This document shows positions 25,301 through 37,490 of a stretch of DNA of 64,000 bases, one piece after another. The number at the start of each line of letters is the position of its first letter. Within the stretch, counting starts at the first letter, position 1. The position numbers and the translations under genes were made by a program. The notes beneath the pieces are model-generated. The model worked only from the letters and a program-made list of their open reading frames with translations, was not told where the DNA came from and made no database searches. Source of the DNA: Dendrobates tinctorius. Its lineage: Eukaryota. Location of the stretch: the NCBI RefSeq assembly GCF_039654945.1, contig NW_027361774.1, forward strand, positions 434,001 through 498,000. The letters run 5' to 3'.

Positions 25301-25780
25301 CAGCTGTATAATGAGGCCCAGGCTTTATAGTGAAGGGACAGGAGTGAGGGTCTGTTCCCAGGAGCTACAGTCTGAGGAAAGGGCTAAAAAGCCTTCACTA
25401 GACCCCTGTACAGCTGTATAATGAGGCCCAGGCTTTATAGTGAGGGGACAGGAGTGAGGGCCTGTTCCCAGGAGCTACAGTCTGAGGAAAGGGCTAAAAA
25501 GCCTTCACTAGACCCCTGTACAGCTGTATAATGAGGCCCAGGCTTTATAGTGAAGGGACAGGAGTGAGGGCCTGTTCCCAGGAGCTACAGTCTGAGGAAA
25601 GGGTAAAAAGCCTTCACTAGACCCCTGTACAGCTGTATAATGAGGCCCAGGCTTTATAGTGAGGGGACAGGAGTGAGGGCCTGTTCCCAGGAGCTACAGT
25701 CTGAGGAAAGGGTAAAAAGCCTTCACTAGACCCCTGTACAGCTGTATAATGAGGCCCAGGCTTTATAGTGAAGGGACAGG
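16342..25780 (+). repeat. 110-bp satellite, main array (~86 units) with higher-order structure
   Basis: Continuous tandem units; diagnostic variants recur at ~2630 and ~2845 bp spacing. Confidence 0.97.
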
Positions 25781-25826
25781 AGGGAGAGAAGTGGGGAAAG
25801 GAGCCAGAAGAGCCGGACTGCCCATC

Positions 25827-26026
25827 ATTAACCTGCAGAGCCGCACTCTACATATATGGCTGCTCTGTGCGCACAGGACCTGTGATGAGGTCACAGGAGG
25901 GGAGGAGTCAGGGGTCACATGATCAGGGGCCTCAGTGTGGGCAGGACTCTGCTGTGCTGGTTGTCATGGTGCTGGATGAGGGGAAGTTTCTGTGTGGGGT
26001 CAGGAGGGGTTTACAGGGTGGATGTA
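25827..26026 (-). promoter_or_regulatory. Promoter-like module plus candidate first exon (type 2)
   Basis: Dyad at 25879-25897 and E-box; minus-strand CAG|GTTAAT donor at 25832; same arrangement inverted at 52965-53061. Confidence 0.5.
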
Positions 26027-26957
26027 GCGGAGCCGCGTGTGTACGAGGTGTACGGAGCGGAGCCGCGTGTGTACGAGGTGTATGGAGCGGAGCCGTGTGT
26101 ACGAGGTGTACGGAGCGGAGCCGTGTGTGTACGGGGTGTACGGAGTGGAGCCGCGAGTGTACAAGGTGTGCGGAGCGGAGCCGCGTGTGTACGAGGTGTA
26201 CGGAGCGGAGCCGTGTGTGTACGGAGCGGAGCCGCGTGTGTACGAGGTGTACGGAGCAGAGCCGCGTGTGTACGGAGCGGAGCCGCGTGCGTACGAGGTG
26301 TACGGAGCGGAGCCGCGTGCGTACGGCGTGTACGGAGCGGAGCCGCGTGCGTGCGGGGTGTACGGAGCGGAGCCGCGTGCGTGCGGGGTGTACGGAGCGG
26401 AGCCGCGTGCGTGCGGGGTGTACGGAGCGGAGCCGCGTGCGTGCGGGGTGTACGGAGCGGAGCCGCGTGCGTGCGGGGTGTACGGAGCGGAGCCGCGTGC
26501 GTGCGGGGTGTACGGAGCGGAGCCGCGTGCGTGCGAGGTGTACGGAGCGGAGCCGCGTGCTTGCGAGGTGTACGGAGCGGAGCCGCGTGCGTGCGAGGTG
26601 TACGGAGCGGAGCCGCGTGCGTATGAGGTGTACGGAGCGGAGCCGCGTGTGTACGAGGTGTACGGAGCGGAGCCGTGTGTGTACGAGGTGTGCGGAGCGG
26701 AGCCGTGTGTGTACGAGGTGTACGGGGCGGAGCCGTGTGTATGAGCTGTACAGAGCGGAGCCCTGTGTGTACGAGGTGTACGGAGCGGAGCCGTGTGTGT
26801 ACGAGGTGTACGGAGCGGAGCCGTGTGTGTACGAGGTGTACGGAGCAGAGCCCTGTGTGTACGAGGTGTACGGAGCGGAGCCGCGTGTGTAAGAGGTGTA
26901 CGGAGCGGAGCCGTGTGTGTATGAGGTGTACGGAGCGGAGCCGTGTGTGTACGAGGT
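26027..26957 (+). repeat. 30-bp CpG-rich minisatellite
   Basis: Unit GTGTACGGAGCGGAGCCGYGTGTGTACGAG, ~31 copies; source of spurious repetitive ORFs. Confidence 0.97.
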
Positions 26958-27289
26958 GAAATGTTTTAGAATCAAATTTTTCTATTTCACAGAGTAAAAT
27001 GGAGCCACAATTTACACAGAAATGTCTCCCAAACCTGAGGTCAGGAATGACTGCACACGGCCGGGCTCCAATGGGGAGAGTCACTGTTTTGCTTTTGGAG
27101 CAGTAATTTGGCAGTCCTCCCTTGTGGGGCCAATTGTAAAGCCCCTGATGTTTGTGGACAACATACGACCCCCTAACGTGACCCCATTTCAGACACTGTA
27201 CCCATCAGGGAAGTCATCTAAGGGTGTAATGGGCATTTTTATCTTACAGGTGTCACTGATTTCTTTACCACTTGGTGTGAAGATAATAT

Positions 27290-27801
27290 TACATGTGTTC
27301 CGAGGTGCAGGGCGGGGTTCAGCTCAGGGACATCTGAGTGGGTTCCTAACCAGGTGTTATGGTGATCTCTCACATGCCCTCTCAGCGCCTCCCTACTCAC
27401 TATGGTCACTGCAGCTTCTCAGCATGTTGCTTCCATTTAGTCTTGGGGGGATTGGCCAGTGTCTGCAGGAATGTAACCCTGCTGTGTCCTTCACAGATTA
27501 GGTTCCCCAGCCTATCCCATGCCGGCAGGTCCTATATTAGGCAGCTCCACCGTCCGCTCTCTGCTGGATGTTGGTTCCTAGGCAGTTCACTTTGCCTGTT
27601 GTACCTCACACTTGTGTCTCTGACCCACCTATCAGCTGAGGTAGTCTTGGGGACTACCCTGGAGTAGTTCCTGGTGTCTACCGGCTATCCAGCCTATCCT
27701 CTCCACCAGTAGCTCTAGTGAAGACCTGGTGGACACCCAATTACACCTCTCTAGAGTAAGCCTGGCCGATGGTGCAGTGGGTCCACATCCACCAATGTTA
27801 C
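27290..27801. mobile_element. Probable LTR remnant
   Basis: TATA-like CCTATATTA and end GGTGCAGTGGGTCCAC...GTTACA resembling LTR termini; no TSD found. Confidence 0.4.
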
Positions 27802-28663
27802 ACCAAGTAACTGTGCACACCTCACAACTTTTGAAGCACAGATCGAGGCACAGATCATGCGGCGCACATAGCAGCAAACTTTGGCCTCACCCTAATCCAC
27901 GGCCATTTACCACTGCTTTCTCCCCCGGCAGGAGGAGTTGTCAGAGGGGCGCTGGTAGTGAGGGAAATTCAGCAGACGCCTGAGACTGCAGGGTGTAGAC
28001 CCAAATCCGGGACTGTCCGCTGTATCCGGGACAGTTGGGACTGGAGATGAGCAGGTGGATTCATGGCTCTCTGGTCCAGCGTGCGTGGGACCTGGGGATT
28101 ATTTTTTGTGCCGTCATTCACAGTCGGAGCCTCCAGAACGTTCTCCTCTTTATGTAGCGTCACTATACGACATCCGGCTTATTTGTGTCTGTAAGGCCGT
28201 GTTCACACATTGCAGAAATACGGTGTTTTTTGTTTTCTGCAGGATCCGCACCATCTCCAATAACGATCTTCTCCCCCTTATTTGATGCGTTCTTGGTGCA
28301 GATTTGAAGCTGCGTTTTTATTGCGCTTTTTAGAGGACAGAAAAGCTTTGATTCTGCACTTAATAAAGTTTCTGCAGTTTCTTACCTGCGATTTTATTAG
28401 AGAGAGAAAAGCCCCAAATCGGCACAGATCAGCCGCGTGCCTTGGGCGCACAGCGGGCGCCTTTTATGGTAAAGTAGTTTTTATTAAGGATTTATTTACA
28501 TAAATGGGGTAAAGAAAAAGGGGAGACAGATTATAAATACCCAGTAATACAGACAAGAACCAAACAACAGCAAAAAAGAGAAATATAAAGTCATGAAAGA
28601 GAGAGGCAGAATAAAGGGGAGAAAGGGTTAAGGAGGAGACTGGGGAAGGAAAAATAGGGTTTG

Positions 28664-30420
28664 TTAACCCCTTGGAGACCTTGCCCTCTTTCGTTTTTGC
28701 GTTTCTGTTTTTCGCCCCCCTTCTTCCCACAGCCATAACTTTTTATGTTTCCGTCAGTATGGCCATGTGAGGGCTTGTTTGTTGCGGGACAAGTTGAGCT
28801 TTGGAATAATAATAATCTTTATTTATATAGCGCCAACATATTCAGCAGCGCTTTACAGTTTAAGGGTACATGCACACGCTACGGAATCTGCTGCGGATTA
28901 TCCTGCAGTTTTGCCCTGCGGTTTTACCATCTCCACAATGGAGGAGATAGGAATCCGCAGAAAGAATTGACTTCTGCGGTTTAGAAACCGCAGATAATCC
29001 ACGCGGAAAATTCCGCAGCGTCTGCACTGCGGTTTCCATTTTCCATAGGGAATAATGTTACTGTACACCGCAGTAGAATCCACAGCGTGTGCACACAGCC
29101 TAAGGCTGAGTGCACACGTACATTTTGGCCCTGCAGATTTTTCCACACAGGATGGAAGAAATCCGCAGGACAAATGGCCTGCATTTTTCCTGCAGATTTC
29201 TTCCATTTTTAATGCGTTTTTTGTGCGGTTTTCCACTGTGGTTTACCCCCTGCGGATTTGGAGACTGGGGAGGTGGAAAACCGCACAAAAGAAGTAACAT
29301 GCTGTGGATTTTGTACCGCAGGAAAACCGCGTGGAAAAATCCGCACCGTCTGCACAGCGGTTTTTTTTTTCATTGATTTTAATGCTACTGTACATCACAA
29401 TGCGGATATGCAGCGTTTCTGCGTGGAAAAATCCGCTGCGGATCTGCTAGAAATCCGCAGCGTGTGCACACAGCCTAACAGTTTCAAAACACAAGTCATA
29501 AGTAGCAACGTTGATACAATAATTAAAGCAGAATCAGCCGCCCCTGCTGGTGAGAGCTCACACTCTACAATGAGGAGGGGAGATACAGAGGACAGGGGGG
29601 TATTTACAATGAACGACATCATTGGTTTCACCATATCGTGTACTCAAAAATGGGAAAAAAAATTCCAAGTGTGATGAAATTGCAAAAACAGTGCAGCTCC
29701 ACAACTTTTTTTGGATTTTCTTTTTGCCATGTTCCCCAAATGCTAAGACTGCCCTGCCATTATGATTCTCCAGGTCATTTCAGGTTCATAGACACCAAAC
29801 AGGTCTCAGTTGTTTTGCATTTAAGTGGTGAAAAAAAATCCAAAATTTGTAGGGAAAAAAATATTGCGCCATTTTCTGAGGCCTGTAGCGTCTCCATTTT
29901 TCATGATCTTGGGTTGGGTGAGGGCTTATTGTTTGCGCGCCGAGCTGATGTTTTTATTGATCCCATTTTGGTGCAGATACGATCTTTTCATCATCCGTTA
30001 TTGCATTTTAATTCAATGTCGCAGCATTTTTACTTTTTTTCTCACTACGCCGTCTAGTGATCGGTTTGTTCCTTTTTTTTATTGATAGATCGGGCGATTC
30101 TGAACGCGGCGATACCAAATTTGTGTATGCTTGATTTTTCTATTGTTTTATTTTGAGTGAGGTGAAAGGGGGGGATTTGAACTTTTATATTTTTTATATA
30201 TTTTTAAAAACTTTTTTTTACTTTTGGCCTGCTTCAATAATTTCCATGGGAGACTAGAAGCTGCCATAACTCGGTCGGCTCTGCTACGTACAGGCGATGA
30301 CCAGATCTCCTGTATGTAGCAGAATACCTCACTTGAGCTGACGTGTGCTGGGAAAGATGCGGGCTCACCGCCGGAGCCGACATTAAAGGGAGAGAAGCTA
30401 CCTGCGCCGTACTAGTACAG
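28664..30420. mobile_element. TTAA-type non-autonomous DNA element with nested Harbinger-like MITEs (~28861-29103, ~29101-29478)
   Basis: Starts TTAACCCCTT; nested units bounded by TAAGGCTGAGTGCACACG / CGTGTGCACACAGCCTAA with internal GCGGA/TCCGC inverted repeats. Confidence 0.6.
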
Positions 30421-32599
30421 TCATGAAGGGATTAAGGAAAATGGGGAAAAGGGAAAAATGAAAGGGATAGAAAGAAAATGAAAAAGATTGGTCTGCACAG
30501 GATAGGTCGGGAAAGGGGTTACGGGACACATGTAATACCTTATATATAAAACATTTAAGAGGCAGGAGGGGAAGAGAAGGAATGGGAAAGGCGAGGAAAG
30601 AAAAGGGGAGAAAGGAAGAACAGCTGTAACCAGGCGGAGAGACGAGAATCTAGAGGAATCCTGACTGTTACACCATGGAAGATACTGAGTGCTGGAGTCT
30701 GATAGCGCCGCAGTTCTCATGAAATCTGCGCTCTCTGTGGTCTGAAGACCCTGCGGACCTCTGGGGCTTTGATGCGTTTTCCCTTTATAGGCTTCTTCTG
30801 AAAAAAAAGTATTAAGAAAAAAAATGTATGAAGAGAAAACCGCCGTCACATTTATAAGCGCAGAATCAAAGCTTTTCTGTACTAATAAAAAAGTGTTAAA
30901 CGCGGCTTCATATCTGCCAAAAAACATCAAATATGGGGGAAAATGCAAAAAAGAAGAAACGCAGCAAACGCACAATAATCAGGGAGGATTGTCACTACGT
31001 CATCTGGGTCAGACATTTACAGAAGAAAGAACGCAGCATTTACGCTACGTGTGAACACGTCCTCCGCACTACACATTTTGTTTTTCCTGTAATTTACCGA
31101 TTCCTGTAAATAATCTGATCGCTGTGTTCTGCGGGTCATTACAGTTATATTGGCACAACTATGTCCGGGTTATTCACTGATTTGTGATGCTTATTATTTT
31201 AAATAAAACTAACAATTACATTTTTTTTCATTATCAAGTGTTTTTCATTATTATTAGTAATTTTATAGGATGAAAAAATCTCTTATTCTCCTAGAATACA
31301 GAAACATCCATTGTACACAGCAGTGTATTTCTATCTGAATAATCTGCCTGTAGTCAGAGCCTGGAATATGGATCAAGTGCACACAATCCTGCAGTCACTT
31401 CACTGGAGCTTGTGGCTCAGCAGCTTACAGTGCCTGTCAGTAATGTTGAGGCTGTGGGTTTGGGATCTGGGAGTGTAATGCTAAAAAATACATTTTTGTA
31501 ATTGCTTATTATTTTTAATACTTTTATAGGAACAAAAAAATATATTTTTCTTCCCCTCAGTATACAGGCACCATAAAAAAGCATTCTTATACACAATGTA
31601 TTGCTATGGATATGTATACTCTGCTTCTGAGTTCATTGCCGGCAATATAGAGGTCAATATGACCAAATTCTCCCATCTCCAGCATTGTGAGCTGTGGCTC
31701 ACTGGTAAAGCAGCAGCCTGTGGAGACTGAGATGGAAGCTCATACTCCTGGGGAGACCAATCACTGAAGGGAGAGGAAGTGAATATATAATCTAATTTAT
31801 GCACTTAGCAGAGAGAAGCAGCCAATCCCTCCAAGCAGGAGGAGCTACAGGAGCAATGAAAATGTCAGAGAGAGGAATATAGAGGTTGGGAGAACAGCTG
31901 AGACGGGACATGACAGTCCAGCTGAATCTGGGATGGTTGGGAGCTATGCAATTGAGATGCTGTTGTGTCATTACCTTAAAAAGGCGGTCCATGCTCAGAA
32001 ATTCTACTAAGATGAGTGGCCAAAATTCCTCCAGAAACTCACTGCCAGTTATTGCAAGCGCTTGATTGCAGTTGTTGCTGCTAAGAGTGGCCCAACCAGT
32101 TATAAGGTTTAGGGGCAATCACTTTTTCACACAGGGCCCTGGAGGTTTGGATTTCTTTTTCCCTATATAATAAAGATCTTCATTAAAAAACTGCATTTTG
32201 TGTTATCTTTGGCTAATATTTACATTTGTTTGGTGATCTGATACATGTGTGACAAACATGCCAAAGAATAGGAAATGTGTATGCATATGTCTATGTATAC
32301 ATATATACAGTGTGTGTATATATATGGTGATGGTGAGGAGGCAGGGAGGAGTTTGTGTGGAAAATGGAGAAGGCGTGCTAAGTGCTGGCTCACAGGCCAC
32401 TGCAACGCATAGCGGAGCTTGTAGTATTAGAGCGCAGTACGGGGACAAGAAGTGATTGATAAACATTAGAGCTGCATCTGGCAGACACCAAGTGAGGCTA
32501 TCTGCCTTATAAAGGTATATATTACTATAATAAGAGTATGGATCCATTACTGGCACATAATAGTAAGATTAATGAATACAAAATTAAACGAATTAGGGT

Positions 32600-34831
32600 A
32601 GTGGATAACTGTTTTAATATTTGGTACAGAAACCTTTGTTTGTGATTACAGAGGTCAGACATTTCCTGTAGTTCTTGACCAAGTTTGCACACACTGCAGC
32701 AGGGATTTTGGCCCATACTTCCATACAGATCTTCTCCTAATCCTTCAGGTTTCAGGGCTGTCGCTGGGCAACATTGATTTTAAGCTCCCTCCAAAGATTT
32801 TCTATTGGGTTCAGGATTAGCGACTGGCTAGGCCATTCCAGGACCTTGAAATGCTTCTTAGTTCCTCTTGCTGTGTGTTTTGGGTGATTGCCATGCTGGA
32901 AGACCCAGTCACGACCCATTTTCTATGTTCCAACTGAGGGAAGGAGGTTTTTGGCTAAAATCTCACGATCCTTGACCCATCCATCCTCCCTTAAATACGG
33001 TGAAGTCATCTTGTCTGTTTTGCAGAAAGACTCCCCTAAAGTATGATGTTTCCCCCCACCGTGCTTCATGGTTGGGACACTGTTCTTTGATTTGCACTCA
33101 TCCTTCTTCTTCCTCCAAACATGGCGGGTGGTGATGATAGCAAAAAGTTCTATTTTGGTCTTATCTGACCAAGTGACATTCTCCCTTGCCTCCTCTGGAT
33201 CATCCAGATGGCTATTGGCAAACTTCTAATGGGCTGGTGTGAGTAGCAGAACCTTGTGTGCCCGGAAAGATTTTAATCCATGATGGCATTGTGTGCTTGT
33301 AGCTCTATTACCGGCACCGCTGCATGGTGGGACGCCAGCTTACTCACTGCCTCAGACCCTCGGCACAATCCCCAGCGTTCTCCTGCTTCCTGGTTGTGTG
33401 AGCGCCGCAGCTCCAAGCGATGCACCTAATACACACATGCGCGCACTCCCCCATTCTTAAAGGGGCAGAGCAAGTATATACTAAATACTCTTAGCTTGTT
33501 GCTCAGAGATGTTTAGTATAATTACTACACCTGGAAGATGGCTTCCAGCTAATTGCTGGGAGTCATCCTATATAAAAGACTCCCTCTCCCTTAGGGATTC
33601 GCCATGCGACGTGTAGAATCATTAGTCAGTAAGGTGTACTACTAGTGAGTTATGAGGTCCCCTGGTCCTGGTTTGGCTAGTGTCCTAAACCTGTATTCCT
33701 TGCCTCAGTGTGGCCAGTCCTGAATCCGTCATCCCCTCGTCCCAGAGGAGCCAGTGTCTGAAACTCATTCCGGTGTAGCAAGTCCTGTATCCATAGTCCC
33801 CTGGATCCAGAAAGGCCATGGCCTGAATCTCATTCCCGGAGCGGCCAGTGCTTGAAGCTTGTCCATGAGTGGCCAGTGCCTGAACATTGTCATCTGGTTT
33901 GTGTTCGGCCAAACCCTGTTCCAGTATCATAGACCAGAGTGTCTTAACCTTGCCCTAATCAGTGTCAGTAACCATTCTGTAGAGGTACCAGAACTTACTA
34001 GTCTGAACAGAGACCTATCCCTATTCAGTGTCAGCGAACCTGAACCCTGGGGTCTGCAGCTGCAATATTGGGTTCTGCCCAGGAGTGGTACCTGGTGGCT
34101 ACCTGCAGGTCAGTCTGTATCCACCAGTGAACACTAGGTAGCTGATTAGCTATGCACACTCCCTGAGCAGGCCCGGTCCTGTGATCCCAGCTCTCTTCAG
34201 GTCATTGACCCAGTCTTACCATGTAGTTCTGGGATTTCTGACCTTTCTCAGAATCTTCCTTACTCCACAAGACGAGATCTTGCATGTAGCCCCAGACCGA
34301 AGAAGACTGACAGTCAACTTGTGTTTCTTCCATTTTCTAATAATTTTGTCAACAATTGTTACCTTCTCACCAAGCTGCTTGCCTATTGTGCTGCAGCCCA
34401 CCCCAGCCTTGTGTAGGTCTACAATATTGTCCCTGGTGTCCTTAGACAGCTCTTTGGTCTTGGCCATGGTGGAGAGGTTGGCGTGTGACTGATTATCTGG
34501 AAAGGTGTCTTTTATACAGGCAACAAGTTCAAACCGGTTGCAATTAATACAGGCCACAGCAGAGTAGAAGGGCTTTTTAAAGAAAAACTAACAGGTCTGT
34601 GAGAGTCTGAATTCTTGGTGGTTGGTCGGAGATCATATACTTATTTCATGCAATAACATGCAATTTCATTATTTTAAAATCATACAATGTGATTTTCTGT
34701 TTTTTTTTTATTTTTAGATTTTCTGTCACCGTTGAAGTGTACCTGTGATAAATATTACAGACTTCTCCATTCTTTGTAGGAGGGAAAACTTGCAAAATCG
34801 GCAGCGTATCAAATACTTATTTTCCGCACTG
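32600..34831 (-). mobile_element. Tc1-like transposon, decayed, interrupted by an ~880-bp LTR-like insert (~33298-34178)
   Basis: [22 protein letters not shown] at 34467; TIR ending TACTTATTTTCCGCACTG; transposase-like sequence resumes left of 33298. Confidence 0.8.
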
Positions 34832-35050
34832 TGTCAGGATCTTGGCTGTACATGTCCTTAAAGATTCATTTCTTACATTCGCATCAAGACATTTTTCAAC
34901 CAAACTGTGAAGTCGTGAGCGATGAGCACGGTGAGAGATTTCACCAAGATATTGCACCTATGGAAACAAGAGATCAAGGACAATGGAATCCATCAATGCT
35001 TGTAGATAACGTTGGACCATTGTAAGAGATGACCCGGTGCAGGAGTACAA
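34831..35050 (+). pseudogene. C-terminal fragment of a probable DNA transposase (family not assigned)
   Basis: MSLKIHFLHSH...VSDEHGERFHQDI...QGQWNPSML, a motif I recognise from animal transposon-derived ORFs. Confidence 0.6.
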
Positions 35051-35574
35051 GAGACAAGCAAAAGAGCTGTCACTGAATGAGGGCCACAGTTCATAATGCA
35101 ATTTCTGTGACTGTGTGTAATCCGTAATAGTGTTTAGATATGTCTTAGATATTGGAATTGCTGCTAAGCTTCCTCTAAGTATCAGACAATTGGCCTAACA
35201 AAATATCACGCATCTTTATATTTGCAGAAATAATGTTTCCGAGTCCTGAAACTTTTATGTATCAATAACATGTAGCGGTAAAAGGAAAACTTGTAGATAT
35301 CGTAGAGACAAGGGACAAGTAAAATTGTCATTGTCAGATCTGAACTCAGAAGGGGAGAATCAGGAGGACACGGCTCGTTTCATAACTCAACCGGACAGCT
35401 TCTTTATAACCAATGAATTATTAAATGTTAAACAGCTACAAGTCCTACAGTCAGTGCAGAGACCATAGAGTCGGTGATAGGGGCATCACATAGGACTTGG
35501 CTCCTAGAGAAGAGGAAAAACCAAGGAAAACTGAAGCACAAAAATAGGGATCATACGAACTAAGGGGGGGTAAG

Positions 35575-36910
35575 AGGGAAAGGGTTAGGGTTAGGGTGTT
35601 CGGCCGATCGCGGCCAGGTGTCAGCTGATTCTCACAGCTGACACCCAGCACTAACTGCCAGGAGCAGTTACAGACCGCTCCCGGCATTTTAACCCCCGAA
35701 ATACTGCAATCGAACACGATCACAGCATTCCAGGATAAGGCAGAGGTCTGACAGTCCCTCTGCCTTTGGATTGGAGACCCTACAACGTGACGCGAGGTCG
35801 CGATCACTGCCATGGTAACCTGATGTTGCCATGACCAGAGCTAAAAAACTTCCTGGTCATGCGCAGTGCAAGTCAGGCAGTCTCTCAGTGTCAGGGCACT
35901 GAGTGCAGCGCTGACAGCTTCAATAGCAGGGGTGGGGAACCTCAGGCCCCAGGGCCATTTACGGCCCTCGATGACCTTTTATCAGGCCTCCGAGCAGATT
36001 CTCAGGGACTGCATTCTTGGGCAGGGAGCTGTATTTTGATTGCCAGAAGCTCATTAATTTCTCCTTGCTCTGTTAGCACACACACGCAGTGTTCACTACT
36101 GAACATTGAAGGGCATACAATGAAAGATTAAGTCATGAAACCAGTGCCAGAGTCAGGATGTACTTTGTGGGAGGAGCTTGTATGGCCCCCGAAGGATGGT
36201 ATAAATATCCAAATGGCCCTTGGAAGAAAGAAGATTCCCCACCCCTGTTCTATAGCATGGGGAAGCTGCTTCATCTGCCTGCCATAGAAGCGATCAGCCT
36301 GCAAAAAATGACTCGGACAAAGTGTAAAAGATAGAATGAAATATAAAAAAAACATGTAACTAATTGTAAAAATATAAAAAAAATGAAAAATAATAGAATA
36401 AATATTGACTTTTTTATTAACATTAAATAAATATTTGAATTAAAAAAAATCTAAACAGTAAAAGTACACATATTAGGTATTGCCACGTTCATAACGACCC
36501 AACATATAAAACTGTTCCACTAGGTAACCCCTTTAGTGAACACCATAAAAGCAAAGACAAAAAACAACGCTTTGTCATCATACCGCCAAACAAAAAGTGG
36601 AAAAACACGTGATCAATAAATAAACATGGTACCGCTGAAAACGCCATCTTGACCCACAAAAAAAAGCCCCCATACAGTGTCATCAGTGGAAAAATAAAAA
36701 AGTTATAGCTCTCAGAAAAAAGCGATGAAGAAATAATTATTTTTATATAAAAGTTTTTATTGTATAAACATAAAAAATGATATAAATGAGGTATTGCTGT
36801 AATCGTACTGACCCGAAGAATAAAACTGCTTTATCAATTTTACCATACCTGGAACGGTATAAACTCCTCCACCCCAAAAAAGAAATTCATGAATTGATGG
36901 TTTTTGTTCA
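35575..36910. mobile_element. Non-autonomous DNA element fragment, inverted relative of ~55300-56300
   Basis: Shares CGTACTGACCCGAAGAATAAAAC and GTGTCAGCTG...CAGCTGACACCC segments. Confidence 0.6.
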
Positions 36911-37490
36911 TTCTATGGTATTTGGTTTATTCTATAAAACTCCCATATAATATTCCATCCTTGAACGCACGCCACGCACATCATGTTTTTGTACAATTTG
37001 TGAATAATATATATAGGTTTTCCTCGTCTGAGTTATTTTTGAAGGTCAACAAAATACGATTTTCCTGTAATTCATTTCTCACACTCTAGGTATAATGATG
37101 ACTTTTCCTTGTGTGGGATTTTTGATGTTAAAAAAGATTGTCGGTACTTGCTTTTTGGGGTCTCTTGAGGTTTCTACTTCATGTGAGCCCTGTGCCCAAT
37201 CAGCGCTGACGTCACTGTCCCCACCTTCGGACAAATCAAGCATCATGAGGCCGTCAGAGAACAGCCGCAGCCCTGGCTTCCTGTTCATGTTCAATATGTC
37301 CGAAGGAGCAGTGAAGCTGCCGCTGATTGGGTGCAGGGCTCGTGTGATGTGACAACATCACATAAGCCTCGGGACAGTGAGTCTCAAGACCACTGAAGTG
37401 GAGACGGCACGCCAGCGGAGTATGAGTGGTTTTATTTTAATGAGGCCAAACATGAGGAATGAGCTCACTGAGAAAAAAAAAATATATATA

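Noticed and set aside
7309-25780. 110-bp array as a CRISPR array
   Set aside because: No unique spacers, no cas genes, eukaryotic context
25768-27084. Long repetitive ORFs (CTERSRV, YGAEP, GSAPYTSYT), also at 48651-49717
   Set aside because: Products of a 30-bp tandem repeat open in most frames; no splice or domain evidence
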